A stretch of DNA of 64,000 nt from Thermoproteota archaeon (GCA_032249235.1 JAVVGF010000003.1:96001-160000), one strand, 5' to 3'. Positions 9,504-19,950 are shown, counted from the first letter of the stretch. Numbers and translations: made by a program. The notes: generated by a model not told the origin, from the sequence alone.

Positions 9504-10826
9504 ATGCAAGCGTCTTACGAAACAAAACAAGAAAAAGGTATCGTGATCTCTAATCTTAAAAAGAACGAAAAGATTAGAATTTTAGTTTTAGGTAGTGGCT
9601 TTGCCGGTATGTCTTTCGTAAAATCCTTCATTAAAAACATAAGCGATGAGCTTTGCAACAAAATAGAGCTTATAATCGTTACAAAAAAGGCTTATCATTT
9701 GTTCACTCCTCTTCTCTATCAAGTAGCCACAGGCCTAGTGAACGAGTATCATATACTTGATCCGATTAGGAATAAAAATAAAAAAATAAATTACGAAGTC
9801 ATAGAAGCTGAAGTTTTAGATATTGATTTAATTCAAAAGATTGTAATAACCAACTCATTCGAAATTCCTTATGATTATTTGATAATCGCATTGGGTTCTG
9901 TAACGAATTATTTCGGTATAAAAGGAGCTAGTGAATATGCCATTCCTTTAAAAAATCCTGAAGATGCGATCAAGATTAGGAATAAAATAATCGAATCTTT
10001 TGAAAAAGCATCGCTTCTAGCAAAAAATGATAAAGAAAGAAGATTGTTATTAACATTCGTTATAATAGGTGGTGGGCCAAGTGGTGTTGAGCTAGCTGGA
10101 TCTATCAAAGATTATTTGCGTCAACTTTGCAAGAAATATTATCCTATTGATCCTAAAGAAACACGCGTAATAATTGTTGAGGCAATGAATAGATTGCTTC
10201 CTCAAGCTAGAGAAAAGACATCAGAAAAGTGCAAAAAATCTCTTGAAAAAGCTGGTATAGAAATTTTATTGAATACAAAAGTACTAGCGATTGAAGAAGA
10301 TGGTGTTATAACTAACGAAGGAGTAAAAATTGAGTCATATAATGCTTTTTGGACTGCAGGTATAAAGAGCAATCCAATTGTTGAAAGGCTCCCTGAAGAA
10401 TTGATCCCTAAGAAAAAAGGAAAAATCATTGTAGATGAATACTTTAGACTTCCAAGCTTTCAAAATGTTTTTGCAATAGGAGATAATGCATGGATTTCAA
10501 ATAAATCTAAAACTGATCCTGTTCCAGCAATGGCATCTGCTGCTGTTCAAGAAGGTAAATATTTAGGCGAATATTTGGCTAATCTGCTTTCTAAGAAAAG
10601 CAACTTAAAGCCATTCAAATATAAGGACTTTGGTATGATGTTTTCTTTGGGAAGATTTGATGGATTAGTAGAGTTTCCTAATGGTTTAGTTATATCAGGG
10701 TTCTTAGGATGGATAATTTGGAGAATGGTTCATTTAGTTAAAATAGCAACGATAAGAAATAAGCTTGGAGTTATGTTTGACTGGACAATGTCTTTATTTA
10801 AGAGAAGAATAATAACTAGAGTTTAA
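9504..10826 (+). CDS. ndh: Type II NADH dehydrogenase (NDH-2)
   Basis: Two Rossmann motifs (GSGFAG, GGGPSGVE), FTPLLYQVATG, WTAG, AIGD, FKYKDFG. Start moved to ATG 9504; the ORF is open from 9426. Confidence 0.88.
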   Translation: MQASYETKQEKGIVISNLKKNEKIRILVLGSGFAGMSFVKSFIKNISDELCNKIELIIVTKKAYHLFTPLLYQVATGLVNEYHILDPIRNKNKKINYEVIEAEVLDIDLIQKIVITNSFEIPYDYLIIALGSVTNYFGIKGASEYAIPLKNPEDAIKIRNKIIESFEKASLLAKNDKERRLLLTFVIIGGGPSGVELAGSIKDYLRQLCKKYYPIDPKETRVIIVEAMNRLLPQAREKTSEKCKKSLEKAGIEILLNTKVLAIEEDGVITNEGVKIESYNAFWTAGIKSNPIVERLPEELIPKKKGKIIVDEYFRLPSFQNVFAIGDNAWISNKSKTDPVPAMASAAVQEGKYLGEYLANLLSKKSNLKPFKYKDFGMMFSLGRFDGLVEFPNGLVISGFLGWIIWRMVHLVKIATIRNKLGVMFDWTMSLFKRRIITRV

Positions 10827-10841
10827 AAATTTAGAACTAAA

Positions 10842-11417
10842 CTAAGAAGATAGATTTCTAAATATTTGATATACTCTTTCTAGTTGATTCGGCAAAACAT
10901 ACTCTTTTTCAATTATATATCCTTGTTTATTAATGATATAATAAACATCAGGATATCCTTCAGGATCGTAAAGTTGTGTAGTCTTAGGATCGCTAACACC
11001 AATATACCAATTCTGCTTCATGCCTCCTATAAATCTTGAAGCAAATTCTTCCATAGACATTCCTGGCTGATTAAGATTGTTGTAAAGTTGAATTGTAATT
11101 ATGATCACACCCAACTCATAAAATTTAGGATAATAATTCTTCGCTAACAATTCTGCACCATTCCAACAAGAACTGCACCAAGTTGCTACAAACCAAATTA
11201 AAACGGGTTTTCCTTTAAAATCGCTTAGTTTAACTATTGTCCCATTTATCAATTTTAAAGAAAAGTCTTCAGCTAAGTTCTTATTTGAACTAATGGGTGT
11301 GATTGGATTCGATGGACTTGTATTTGATTGTAGGTTTATAAATATTAAAATTATAAAGAAAGCAAGAATAACTAAACCAATCAATAATGATTTTGATTTC
11401 TTCTTAGCTTTTTTCAT
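10842..11417 (-). CDS. Membrane-anchored TlpA/ResA-like thiol-disulfide oxidoreductase
   Basis: N-terminal TM helix, LSDFKGKPVLIWFVATWCSSC. Confidence 0.85.
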   Translation of the reverse strand: MKKAKKKSKSLLIGLVILAFFIILIFINLQSNTSPSNPITPISSNKNLAEDFSLKLINGTIVKLSDFKGKPVLIWFVATWCSSCWNGAELLAKNYYPKFYELGVIIITIQLYNNLNQPGMSMEEFASRFIGGMKQNWYIGVSDPKTTQLYDPEGYPDVYYIINKQGYIIEKEYVLPNQLERVYQIFRNLSS

Positions 11418-11735
11418 TAATTTTATTTATTCTTATTTCGCATTTAAAAAATATAGTATTAAAAAATATATTAAGTATAAAAGATTATAGTATAACGCAT
11501 TTAATTGTTAGGTTAAACTATATTATCACAAATTCCCAGATATAGCTCATGATATAAATAGTTTTAATTGCTTGCTTGTAATCCAAAAATTTATCGAAGT
11601 TATATTACCCCATGGTAATTATGTGCTCATAATGCTCAATTTTCAAACGTTAAACCTAAATGTTTACTTTTTGTCTAGATGGTTTGGAGTTTTTAAAATT
11701 CAATAAGGATTTATTTTCCAAAACCATTATTCTTT

Positions 11736-13331
11736 ATGAGCTATTATAAGTATGAGCTTACAATAGATAAGATTCTAGAAGCGGGCGTTACTGCTTTTCC
11801 TACGAGAGAAATAACTTACAGAGGAATCAGGAGATATACTTTTGAGAAATTCTCAGATTCTGTTAAGCGCTTGATTACAGGTTTAAGAAAATTAGGTGTG
11901 AATAAAGGCGATAGAGTTGCAATAATCGATTGGGATACTGATGTTTATCTACATGCATATTATGCAATACCAATGTTAGGCGCTGTAATGCATACTGTTA
12001 ACATAAGATATCCACCTGAATTAATATTGAAGACAATAATCGCAGCAGAAGATAAATGGATAATAGTTAGAGATGAATTTTTGCCTCTTATAGAAAAAGC
12101 TAAGAATCTTTTACCAAAAAATGTACAGATTATTGCATATAACGAAAATAAAGAACCTATAAAAGGTTACATAGATTTTTGGCAGCTTTTGCAAGAAGAA
12201 CCTACTGAGAACTTTGATTTGAACGAAAACATGCAAGCTACAATATTCTTTACAAGCGGAACGACAGGAGATCCAAAAGGTGTTTGGTTCACTCATAGAG
12301 ATATAGTTTTGCATACCTTAGGTGTTGCATTGACTTTCTCAAGACCTCCAACTTTCATAACTCCAAAGGATGTATTCATGATTCTGGTACCTATGTTCCA
12401 TGTTCATGCATGGGGTTTGCCTTATCTTTTCATGATGAACGGTAACAAATATGTTCTTCCAGGAAAATATGATTATGGTCTCTTATTGAAAATCATGCAA
12501 GATGAAGGTGTTACTTTTTCTGCAATGGTACCAACAATATTGCACATGCTCTTAAGTCATCCAGATGCAAGTAAATATACACATGTATTCAAGAGATGGA
12601 AAGTAGTTATAGGAGGATCTGCATTGCCAGAAGGATTGGCAAAGAAAGCTAAAGAGCTTGGGATTACAATACTTGCAGGTTATGGTCTTTCTGAAACTTG
12701 TCCTGTATTGACTGTAGGCTACTACAATAGTCTATTAGATAATGCTGATGAAGAAATAAAATTCAAAGAACAAATTACTGCCGGAGCCCCGATTCCTTTA
12801 GTTAATCTCAAAATTATGGATCCTTCAACAGGCGAAATACTTCCAAAGGGTAAGATAGGAGAAATAGTTGTTCGCGCACCTTGGCTTACGAGAGAATACT
12901 ATAGAGATTCTGCAAAAACTGAAGAATTATGGAAGTATGGATGGCTGCATACGGGTGATTTAGGTTATATTGATGAATATGGTTATATAAGGATTGTTGA
13001 TAGAACAAAAGACGCTGTGAAAAGCGGAGGAGAATTCATACCTACTTTGATACTTGAAAATATTATATCGTTGCATCCTTCTGTTGCACAAGTAGCGGTA
13101 GTAGGTGCTAAAGATGAAAAGTGGGGAGAAAGACCTGTAGCATTTATTGTCACGAAAGAAAAATTTGATGAAAAAGAAATTAGGGAATTTTTAAAGGATA
13201 TGGTAAGACAAGGGAAAATACAAGATTGGTGGATTCCAGATAAATTTATAGTTATAGATTCGATGCCTTTAACATCTACGAATAAGATTGATAAAAAAGC
13301 TTTAAGAGAAAGACTAGAAAAGCTAAGCTAA
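11736..13331 (+). CDS. Medium/long-chain fatty acid-CoA ligase
   Basis: FTSGTTGDPKG, PMFHVHAWG, GYGLSET, TGD, KIDK. Confidence 0.92.
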   Translation: MSYYKYELTIDKILEAGVTAFPTREITYRGIRRYTFEKFSDSVKRLITGLRKLGVNKGDRVAIIDWDTDVYLHAYYAIPMLGAVMHTVNIRYPPELILKTIIAAEDKWIIVRDEFLPLIEKAKNLLPKNVQIIAYNENKEPIKGYIDFWQLLQEEPTENFDLNENMQATIFFTSGTTGDPKGVWFTHRDIVLHTLGVALTFSRPPTFITPKDVFMILVPMFHVHAWGLPYLFMMNGNKYVLPGKYDYGLLLKIMQDEGVTFSAMVPTILHMLLSHPDASKYTHVFKRWKVVIGGSALPEGLAKKAKELGITILAGYGLSETCPVLTVGYYNSLLDNADEEIKFKEQITAGAPIPLVNLKIMDPSTGEILPKGKIGEIVVRAPWLTREYYRDSAKTEELWKYGWLHTGDLGYIDEYGYIRIVDRTKDAVKSGGEFIPTLILENIISLHPSVAQVAVVGAKDEKWGERPVAFIVTKEKFDEKEIREFLKDMVRQGKIQDWWIPDKFIVIDSMPLTSTNKIDKKALRERLEKLS

Positions 13332-13937
13332 ACCGATTTTAGCTTTAATAACTTTTATTTCTTCTTCAATTTTTCTAAATCTTTCATCTAAATAACTTTT
13401 AAGATCCAATCTAAGTTCTCGAATTTCTTTAACCGTTTCATCTTGCTTTTTAAGTACTTCCTTTACATCTTGCTTAATTTCTTTTATGTCAGTTTTCATT
13501 TCCTTAATATCAGATTTCATTTCTTTAACGTCAGTTTTTATTTCCTTAATGTCACTCTTCATCTCTTTGATATCTCCCTTCATTTCCTTAATGTCCATCC
13601 ACATTGCAGAAGCATATTTTACTGCTGTAGCCATTCTTTCACCTATTTCATCTTCTAAAGTACCGTACTTTATTTCGAAAAACTTGAATTCGCCAGTGGC
13701 ATCGCTTATGCTTTTGATTTGAACATCTTCAACTTCTATTAGCCCTTTCTTTATGTTGATTTCTGAAATAAATTTCTTAACTATTGCTTCTTCGCCTTCG
13801 CAAACGATTTTAACATTTCCATCCTTTAGGTTTTCAATAAATCCTACAATTCCTAGACTTCTTGCAACTTCTTCTACATAATCTCTATAACCAACTTTCT
13901 GAACTTTTCCTTTAGCTATTATTTCGAATCTCTTCAC
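13323..13937 (-). CDS. Acylphosphatase domain fused to a heptad-repeat coiled coil (paralog 1)
   Basis: GKVQKVGYR and ENLKDGNV keep the catalytic Arg and Asn; about 110-aa coiled-coil tail with DIKEMKx repeats. Confidence 0.85.
   Translation of the reverse strand: MKRFEIIAKGKVQKVGYRDYVEEVARSLGIVGFIENLKDGNVKIVCEGEEAIVKKFISEINIKKGLIEVEDVQIKSISDATGEFKFFEIKYGTLEDEIGERMATAVKYASAMWMDIKEMKGDIKEMKSDIKEIKTDVKEMKSDIKEMKTDIKEIKQDVKEVLKKQDETVKEIRELRLDLKSYLDERFRKIEEEIKVIKAKIGLA
13449..13595 (-). repeat. Imperfect 21-bp coding tandem repeat x7 (D-I/V-K-E-M/I-K-x)
   Basis: DIKEMKG DIKEMKS DIKEIKT DVKEMKS DIKEMKT DIKEIKQ DVKEVLK. Confidence 0.85.
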
Positions 13938-14153
13938 TATAGCTAATTATGAAAAAGCTATTTAAATATCTGACCTTAGCTTATAAATAAATCTTATTTT
14001 AAAATTTTTATAATTTATTTATTTCAAAAATATAAAATGATTTTATTAGAAAATTAAAAAGTAGATAAAAATTTAATAATCTATTGGATTGGTAAATTAG
14101 CTATCTTTGAACATGATCAAAAATAATTATTACTTAAAAATTATTGCTTATCG

Positions 14154-14666
14154 ATGGAAATAGTTTTTTCACAAGACTATGAGAGTGCAGTAGAAATAGC
14201 TAAAGAATCTTTAGATTTCTTTTCGCTTTATTGGTTTAAGTATTGGTTAAGGAGAAGTCGACTCGTTGAAGCGAAGATAAATGATGCAAAGGTAGCTGTA
14301 GCCCTAATATTCATAACTGATACCATTTGCGGCAAGACAGGAGTTATAGAATACATAATAGCCAAGAAAGAATTTAGAAGAAAAAGGATAGCTTCAGAGA
14401 TGATAAAATGGATAGAAAATTATTTTAAAAATAAAAACTGTGATTTTGTATTTGCTTCTACTAGAGAGGATAATTTTGCTTCGATTATGCTTTTCGTAAA
14501 AAACAATTACAAAGTTCTATTTTTAGATTGTATAGCCAGGAAAATTCAAGGAGGTTTTGAAATAATTAGAAAGTTACAAGCTTATGAAGATGATTTGCTT
14601 TTTATAAAGAAAATAAAAGATAAAGATTGTATATTATTTAAATTAGAAGATTGTTTTTATGTATAA
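14154..14666 (+). CDS. GNAT family N-acetyltransferase
   Basis: IEYIIAKKEFRRKRIASEM (motif A-like) and NFASIMLF (motif B-like). Confidence 0.8.
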   Translation: MEIVFSQDYESAVEIAKESLDFFSLYWFKYWLRRSRLVEAKINDAKVAVALIFITDTICGKTGVIEYIIAKKEFRRKRIASEMIKWIENYFKNKNCDFVFASTREDNFASIMLFVKNNYKVLFLDCIARKIQGGFEIIRKLQAYEDDLLFIKKIKDKDCILFKLEDCFYV

Positions 14667-14766
14667 TGTGATTTATTTAGATAAAAGCCTTATGTGTTTT
14701 ACAAATTGAACGATAGGAATATTTATTCTCAATGTTTTTAAGCAACTTTTTCAATGTGCTATCCTA

Positions 14767-16020
14767 ATGAATGTATTCGAAAACAAATTCAAAAATCATA
14801 TTAGCAAATACGCACTCTATCTTAAATGTAGGGATTGTGGTAAAGAGTTTGAATTTAAGCCTATGTATATATGTGATGAATGCTTTGGAGCTTTAGATGT
14901 AGTTTATGACTTGGAAAGAATAGAGTTGAATAAAGATGAATTAAGAGATAGAGAGGATGTAATGTGGAAATATGAAGAACTTCTTCCTTTTAAACCTATT
15001 GAAGAAATATATTTGCTAAAGGTCGGTTTCACACCTTTGATTAAAGCAAAGCGTTTAGCCAGAAAGCTAGGATTAAAAGAGTTGTACATAAAAAATGATT
15101 GCTTAAATCCTACTTATTCGTTTAAAGACAGACCTGCAGCTTTAGGAGCTACAGCAGCAATATCTTTTAGAATGAAAGCATTAGGTTGTGCTTCTACTGG
15201 TAATTTAGCAAGCGCCACAGCTGCATATGCTGCAAGACTTGGCTTGCCTTGTTACATATTTGTTCCGAATGGAATAGAATATGCAAAGATTTCTCAAGCC
15301 CAAACTTATGGAGCGAAGATAATTATGGTTGAAGGAACTTATGATGACGCAAATCGCTTAGCCATGCAAGTTGCTGAACTTTTCAATATAGGAATGGTAA
15401 ACATAAACTTAAGACCATATTATGTTGAAGGTTCCAAAACATTAGCTTTCGAAATTGCAGAACAACTAAATTGGGAAGTTCCTGATGTAATAATAGTTCC
15501 TACAGCTAGTGGAGCACTTTTCAATGCAATATGCAGAGGATTTGAACAATTGCTTAAAATTGGCTTAATTAAAGAATTGCCTGAAAAGCCTGTTGTAGCT
15601 CAAGCAGAAGGAAGTAATCCAATTTCTAAAGCTTTCAAAGAAGGAAAGGATCATATCGAAATAATAGAATATCCTAAAACTATTGCACATAGTTTAGCAA
15701 TAGGAAATCCTGGCGATGGAATCTATGCACTCAAAAGATTAAAGCAAAGAGGTGTCGCTGAAGATGCTAGCGATGAGGAAATATTAGAAGGAATGAAGTT
15801 ACTAGCTGAATGCGAAGGAATATATGCAGAACCTGCAGGAGGTGTTGTGATTGCTGTGCTAAAGAAACTTGTTGAAGCAGGCAAAATAAAAGAAGATGAA
15901 AAAGTTGTTTGCTTGATAACAGGAAGTGGTTTGAAAGCGCCTGAAGCATTAAAATGTAAGCTTGAAGAACCTATATTGATAAAGCCTCAAATTAAATATC
16001 TAGAAAAATGGCTAAAGTAG
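14767..16020 (+). CDS. thrC: Threonine synthase-like PLP enzyme with N-terminal Zn ribbon
   Basis: CRDC..CDEC, NPTYSFKDR (PLP Lys), ASTGN, EGSKT, ITGSGLK. Confidence 0.88.
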   Translation: MNVFENKFKNHISKYALYLKCRDCGKEFEFKPMYICDECFGALDVVYDLERIELNKDELRDREDVMWKYEELLPFKPIEEIYLLKVGFTPLIKAKRLARKLGLKELYIKNDCLNPTYSFKDRPAALGATAAISFRMKALGCASTGNLASATAAYAARLGLPCYIFVPNGIEYAKISQAQTYGAKIIMVEGTYDDANRLAMQVAELFNIGMVNINLRPYYVEGSKTLAFEIAEQLNWEVPDVIIVPTASGALFNAICRGFEQLLKIGLIKELPEKPVVAQAEGSNPISKAFKEGKDHIEIIEYPKTIAHSLAIGNPGDGIYALKRLKQRGVAEDASDEEILEGMKLLAECEGIYAEPAGGVVIAVLKKLVEAGKIKEDEKVVCLITGSGLKAPEALKCKLEEPILIKPQIKYLEKWLK

Positions 16021-16274
16021 AAGTTTTCATACCTTCATCTATGAGGAAAGATAAAAGTATTTCAAAAATTCAAATCGAAGCATCAAATTTAAGAGAATTA
16101 ATTGAAGAATTGAATAAAAATAAGATAATAGAAAAAGAAAGATTACTCGATGAAAAAGGAGAAATTAAAAGGTTAATTAACATATATATTAACGGCAAAA
16201 TAGAAAGAAATCTTCATGCTAAGTTGAATGATGGAGATGAAGTTAGCTTCATCCCTATTGTAACAGGTGGTTGA
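16008..16274 (+). CDS. Ubiquitin-like MoaD/ThiS/SAMP sulfur carrier
   Basis: 88-aa beta-grasp protein: INIYING, LNDGDEVSFIP, C-terminal GG. Confidence 0.92.
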   Translation: MAKVEVFIPSSMRKDKSISKIQIEASNLRELIEELNKNKIIEKERLLDEKGEIKRLINIYINGKIERNLHAKLNDGDEVSFIPIVTGG

Positions 16275-16275
16275 A

Positions 16276-17325
16276 ATGGAGCGAAACCTAGAAAGATACG
16301 CTAGGCAAATAATGCTTTCAAGCATAGGTATTGAAGGTCAAGAAAAGATTTTCAAAGCAAAGATATGTCTTATAGGATTGGGAGGTTTAGGATGTCCTAT
16401 TTCACAACAATTAGTTGCAATGGGAATAGGATTTTTAAGGATTGTAGATAGAGATGTTGTTTCAATAACTGATCTGCATAGACAGCATCTTTATAAGCCA
16501 GAAGATGCAGGTAAGATGAAAGTAGAAGTAGCATTTGAAAGACTTAAGGCATTAAATCCTGAAGTAGAAATAGATCCTAAGCCAATTGCAATAACTGAAT
16601 ACAATGTTGAAGAAACAATAAAAGACTTTGATCTTGTTATTGATAGCACAGATTCTATAAAAGCAAGGTATTTAGTTAATAGGGCTTGTTTAAAGCTAGG
16701 TATACCTTATATTTATGGTGCAGCCATAGAGAATCAAGGAAGCGCTTTCACTGTTTTGCCAGGTAAAACAGCATGTTTAGAATGCATATATCCAGGTCTT
16801 AAGGATGAAGATTTACCTAAATGTGCAGTTGTTGGCGTCCATCCATCTGTTCTTGGCATAATAGCTAGTATTCAAGTAAGTGAAGCAATTAGATTAATAA
16901 CAGGAAAAGAGCCGATATTAGCGAACAAGCTCCTTCTTGTAGATTTGAATAACCTTTCTTTCGATATTTTGAATTTAAGGAGATCAGAACAATGCCCTGC
17001 TTGTAGCAATTATCCTAATGTTGAATTAATTAGTTATACAGAAAGTTATGAAATAGGTTGCGCAAGAGAGGGTCAAGGAGTATTTTATTTATATCCTTCG
17101 AGCAAAATTAGTTTGAATTTAGTAAAGCTTTATGATAAATTAAACAATGAAGGATATAAGGTTTTGAGTAAAAATAAGCTCTCAATAAATTTTGAACCTG
17201 AAAAAGGAATTAAAATGAGCATCAGTAGCGAGGGATTCTGCGTCGCACAAGTAAGTTTTGAACTGGCTTCACAGAAAGATATTGAAGCTAAATTAATAGG
17301 AATTTATAAAAAAGTCCTTCTTTAA
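16276..17325 (+). CDS. ThiF/MoeB/UbaA E1-like adenylyltransferase with C-terminal extra domain
   Basis: RYARQ, GLGGLG, DRDVV..LHRQ, CLEC/CPAC Zn site, CAVVGV. ATG 16276 follows aggtgg; GTG 16267 is an alternative start. Confidence 0.9.
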   Translation: MERNLERYARQIMLSSIGIEGQEKIFKAKICLIGLGGLGCPISQQLVAMGIGFLRIVDRDVVSITDLHRQHLYKPEDAGKMKVEVAFERLKALNPEVEIDPKPIAITEYNVEETIKDFDLVIDSTDSIKARYLVNRACLKLGIPYIYGAAIENQGSAFTVLPGKTACLECIYPGLKDEDLPKCAVVGVHPSVLGIIASIQVSEAIRLITGKEPILANKLLLVDLNNLSFDILNLRRSEQCPACSNYPNVELISYTESYEIGCAREGQGVFYLYPSSKISLNLVKLYDKLNNEGYKVLSKNKLSINFEPEKGIKMSISSEGFCVAQVSFELASQKDIEAKLIGIYKKVLL

Positions 17326-17327
17326 GA

Positions 17328-18266
17328 ATGAAAAGGCTAAGAATAATTACTCCTGCTTCAAGTGCTAATCTAGGTCCTGGTTTCGATGTATTTGCAATCG
17401 CTTTAGAAGAGCCTTTCGATGTAGTTGAAGTTGAATACCAAGAGTCTGAAAGAGTAAAGATAGAACTTCAAGTAGAAGGTAAATATCCTGTTCCAAGAAC
17501 ATTAAGCGAAAATGTGTTGACTGCTTTATTGTTAAACATCATGGATGAACACGATTTGAAAGGAAATCTCAAAATAAGATTGCAGAAAAACATACCTGTA
17601 GGAATGGGGCTTGGAAGTAGCGGAGCTTCATCTGTTGCTTCAGTCTTGATAGCATGTAATATATTTGATTTAAAACTAAGCCAAAAGGAAATTATCCATT
17701 TAGCCGGAGAAGGAGAAAAAATGATAGCAGGCTCGCCGCATTATGATAACGTTACTGCATCGTTATTAGGAGGATTTGTAATCGTGCCGAGTAAAGATTC
17801 GGAACCTATTAAATTAGATCTTGATAATAATTTGAGACTATGTATAGCTATGCCTAAGATTAATTTACCTCTTAAGAAAACAGAATTTGCTAGGAAAATA
17901 TTACCCCAAAGTGTTTCTTTAAAACAAATGTGCGAAAATATTTCTAAAGCAAGTAGGATCGTTTACGCCTTTATTTCAAAAGATTATTCACAATTAAAGA
18001 GCGCAATAAATGATGAAGTGATAGAAATCCATAGAACTAAGTTCATTCCTGCTTATGAAGAAGTAAGAAATGCTGCATATGAAAATGGTGCCTTAGGAGT
18101 TTGTCTTAGCGGAGCAGGCCCTTCTATTCTTGCAATTACATCTGAGAAAGCCAATCCTGAGCTGGTTTTGGAAGCTATGCTTGATACTTTCAATAAAGCG
18201 GGTATAAAAGCTGAAGGTTTTATAACAAGAGTAGGAAACGGATCGAAAGTAGAGCTTTTGGCTTAG
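17328..18266 (+). CDS. thrB: Homoserine kinase
   Basis: PASSANLGPGFD, PVGMGLGSSGAS, HYDNV, SGAGP. Confidence 0.93.
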   Translation: MKRLRIITPASSANLGPGFDVFAIALEEPFDVVEVEYQESERVKIELQVEGKYPVPRTLSENVLTALLLNIMDEHDLKGNLKIRLQKNIPVGMGLGSSGASSVASVLIACNIFDLKLSQKEIIHLAGEGEKMIAGSPHYDNVTASLLGGFVIVPSKDSEPIKLDLDNNLRLCIAMPKINLPLKKTEFARKILPQSVSLKQMCENISKASRIVYAFISKDYSQLKSAINDEVIEIHRTKFIPAYEEVRNAAYENGALGVCLSGAGPSILAITSEKANPELVLEAMLDTFNKAGIKAEGFITRVGNGSKVELLA

Positions 18267-18286
18267 TTTTATAACTGCAGGTTCAG

Positions 18287-18691
18287 TTATTTCAATTGAT
18301 TCGGCTCAATTCTAGGAATTTCCAAATTATCAAAATGTTTATCAAAGGATATTATTCCTTTAACATTCAAACTTTTAGCGGCTGAATATTGGATTGCATC
18401 ATCTATATCTAATTTTTTCTTTTCAACAAACTCTAATGCTTTTAATAAATCTGATATTTTGCTACGATAGATCTTAATGCCTTTGTATGAAGAAAGACTT
18501 AATAAAAAAGTCTTCAAACCGTTTATTAAATTGTAATTAGAAAGTATGATCATTATCGAATATATTGAAAAATCTGTTATCGCTACTTTTATTTCTTCAT
18601 TCTTTATTTTATTCAGCAATACCTCGCATTCTTCACTTCTAGCTTGTGCAAGCATTACTTCTAAAAAAATATTTGTATCGATCAAATACAT
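18287..18691 (-). CDS. vapC: VapC PIN-domain toxin
   Basis: LIDTNIFLE, DDA, SFDKHFD. Confidence 0.9.
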   Translation of the reverse strand: MYLIDTNIFLEVMLAQARSEECEVLLNKIKNEEIKVAITDFSIYSIMIILSNYNLINGLKTFLLSLSSYKGIKIYRSKISDLLKALEFVEKKKLDIDDAIQYSAAKSLNVKGIISFDKHFDNLEIPRIEPNQLK

Positions 18692-18692
18692 C

Positions 18693-18944
18693 TCATTTAG
18701 TCCAAATCTTTTTTGCTAGATGTTGCAATTCCACAGAGTTCATCTTAACTTCAGATAGTAATCCTTTTATTGCTTTAACAGGATCTTCCTCAAACTTCAA
18801 ATCTTCAATACTATTTAGCCAGTTCTCTATAGCTTCTTCTGCAGCTTTGCTCAAAGCTCCTTTCATATAACCAAATCTTTTCATAGCAGCTTCCCTAAAT
18901 CTTTCTTCTAGCTCCTTTCTTATCTGTACTCTTAATCCTGACAT
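18693..18944 (-). CDS. Putative antitoxin (ribbon-helix-helix-like)
   Basis: 83-aa ORF ending 1 nt upstream of vapC; LEERFREAAMKRFGY..GALSKAAEEAI. Confidence 0.75.
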   Translation of the reverse strand: MSGLRVQIRKELEERFREAAMKRFGYMKGALSKAAEEAIENWLNSIEDLKFEEDPVKAIKGLLSEVKMNSVELQHLAKKIWTK

Positions 18945-19050
18945 AAGTTATTATGGATTAATTAAAATAAATACTTTTTACCATATTTCCTTTTTATCAA
19001 ATCTAAACTTTTTCGCTTATGTGTAGAATCAAATCTTAAAAATTTTCAAT

Positions 19051-19899
19051 TTAGAAAATCGTTTTGATATTAGTTAATTTTTCGCTAAATTCCCAAAGTT
19101 TTTTCGCTAATTCCCTATCATAACTTATTTCAGACGATCTCTCTTCTTTTTTGTCAAAGAAATATTTGCCTGTAATATTAGCTACTTCTTCTGAGCTTGC
19201 TAAATAAATAATAGTTTCGGCTCCTTTTTCTGGGCTTCTCATGAAAGGATAAGCAAAGATTATAAGTCTGCCCAAAATTCCTGCATTCTTCCATATTCCA
19301 GTTCTCACAAAGCCCGGATGCATACAATTAACCGTTATTCCTTTTCCTTCAAGTCTTCTCGCTAGTTCATAAGTGAAAATTATCAAAGCTAATTTAGATT
19401 GCGCATAAGCTTTTATTCCATTATATTTTCCTTTACAAAATACGCTTTCAAAATCTATTCCTTTTACAATGGTATGTGCATCTGAAGCTACATTTATTAT
19501 CCTTGAAGGTTTACTTGCTATTAACTTATCTAAGAGCAAGTTAGTCAGTAAGAAAGCGGCCAAATAATTTACAGCGAAAGTGCTTTCTATTCCATCTTCA
19601 GTTAAAGTACATTTTGGAAAGTACGTTCCTGCATTGTTTATTAAGACATCTAATCTACTTAGCTTTGAATTTATTTCATCAGCCAATTTCTTAATAGATT
19701 TTAGGGAAGATAAGTCTGCGATAAACGATATTATTTCAGTATTCCCAGTTTTTTTGACTATTTCATTTAGAGTTTGCTCACATTTTTCTCTATTCCTGCA
19801 AACAATAGCTATTTTTGCTCCTAATTTTGCTAAGCCCATAGCTGTAGCCTTACCTATTCCTGAACTTGCACCTGTGATTAAGCAAACTTTATCTTTCAT
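19051..19899 (-). CDS. Short-chain dehydrogenase/reductase (retinol dehydrogenase-like)
   Basis: TGASSGIG, NNAG, YAQSK, HPG. Confidence 0.92.
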   Translation of the reverse strand: MKDKVCLITGASSGIGKATAMGLAKLGAKIAIVCRNREKCEQTLNEIVKKTGNTEIISFIADLSSLKSIKKLADEINSKLSRLDVLINNAGTYFPKCTLTEDGIESTFAVNYLAAFLLTNLLLDKLIASKPSRIINVASDAHTIVKGIDFESVFCKGKYNGIKAYAQSKLALIIFTYELARRLEGKGITVNCMHPGFVRTGIWKNAGILGRLIIFAYPFMRSPEKGAETIIYLASSEEVANITGKYFFDKKEERSSEISYDRELAKKLWEFSEKLTNIKTIF

Positions 19900-19950
19900 T
19901 TATAGTTCAAAATATTTGAAGACTAAAAAATTTGAGAGATAATAGATTGA

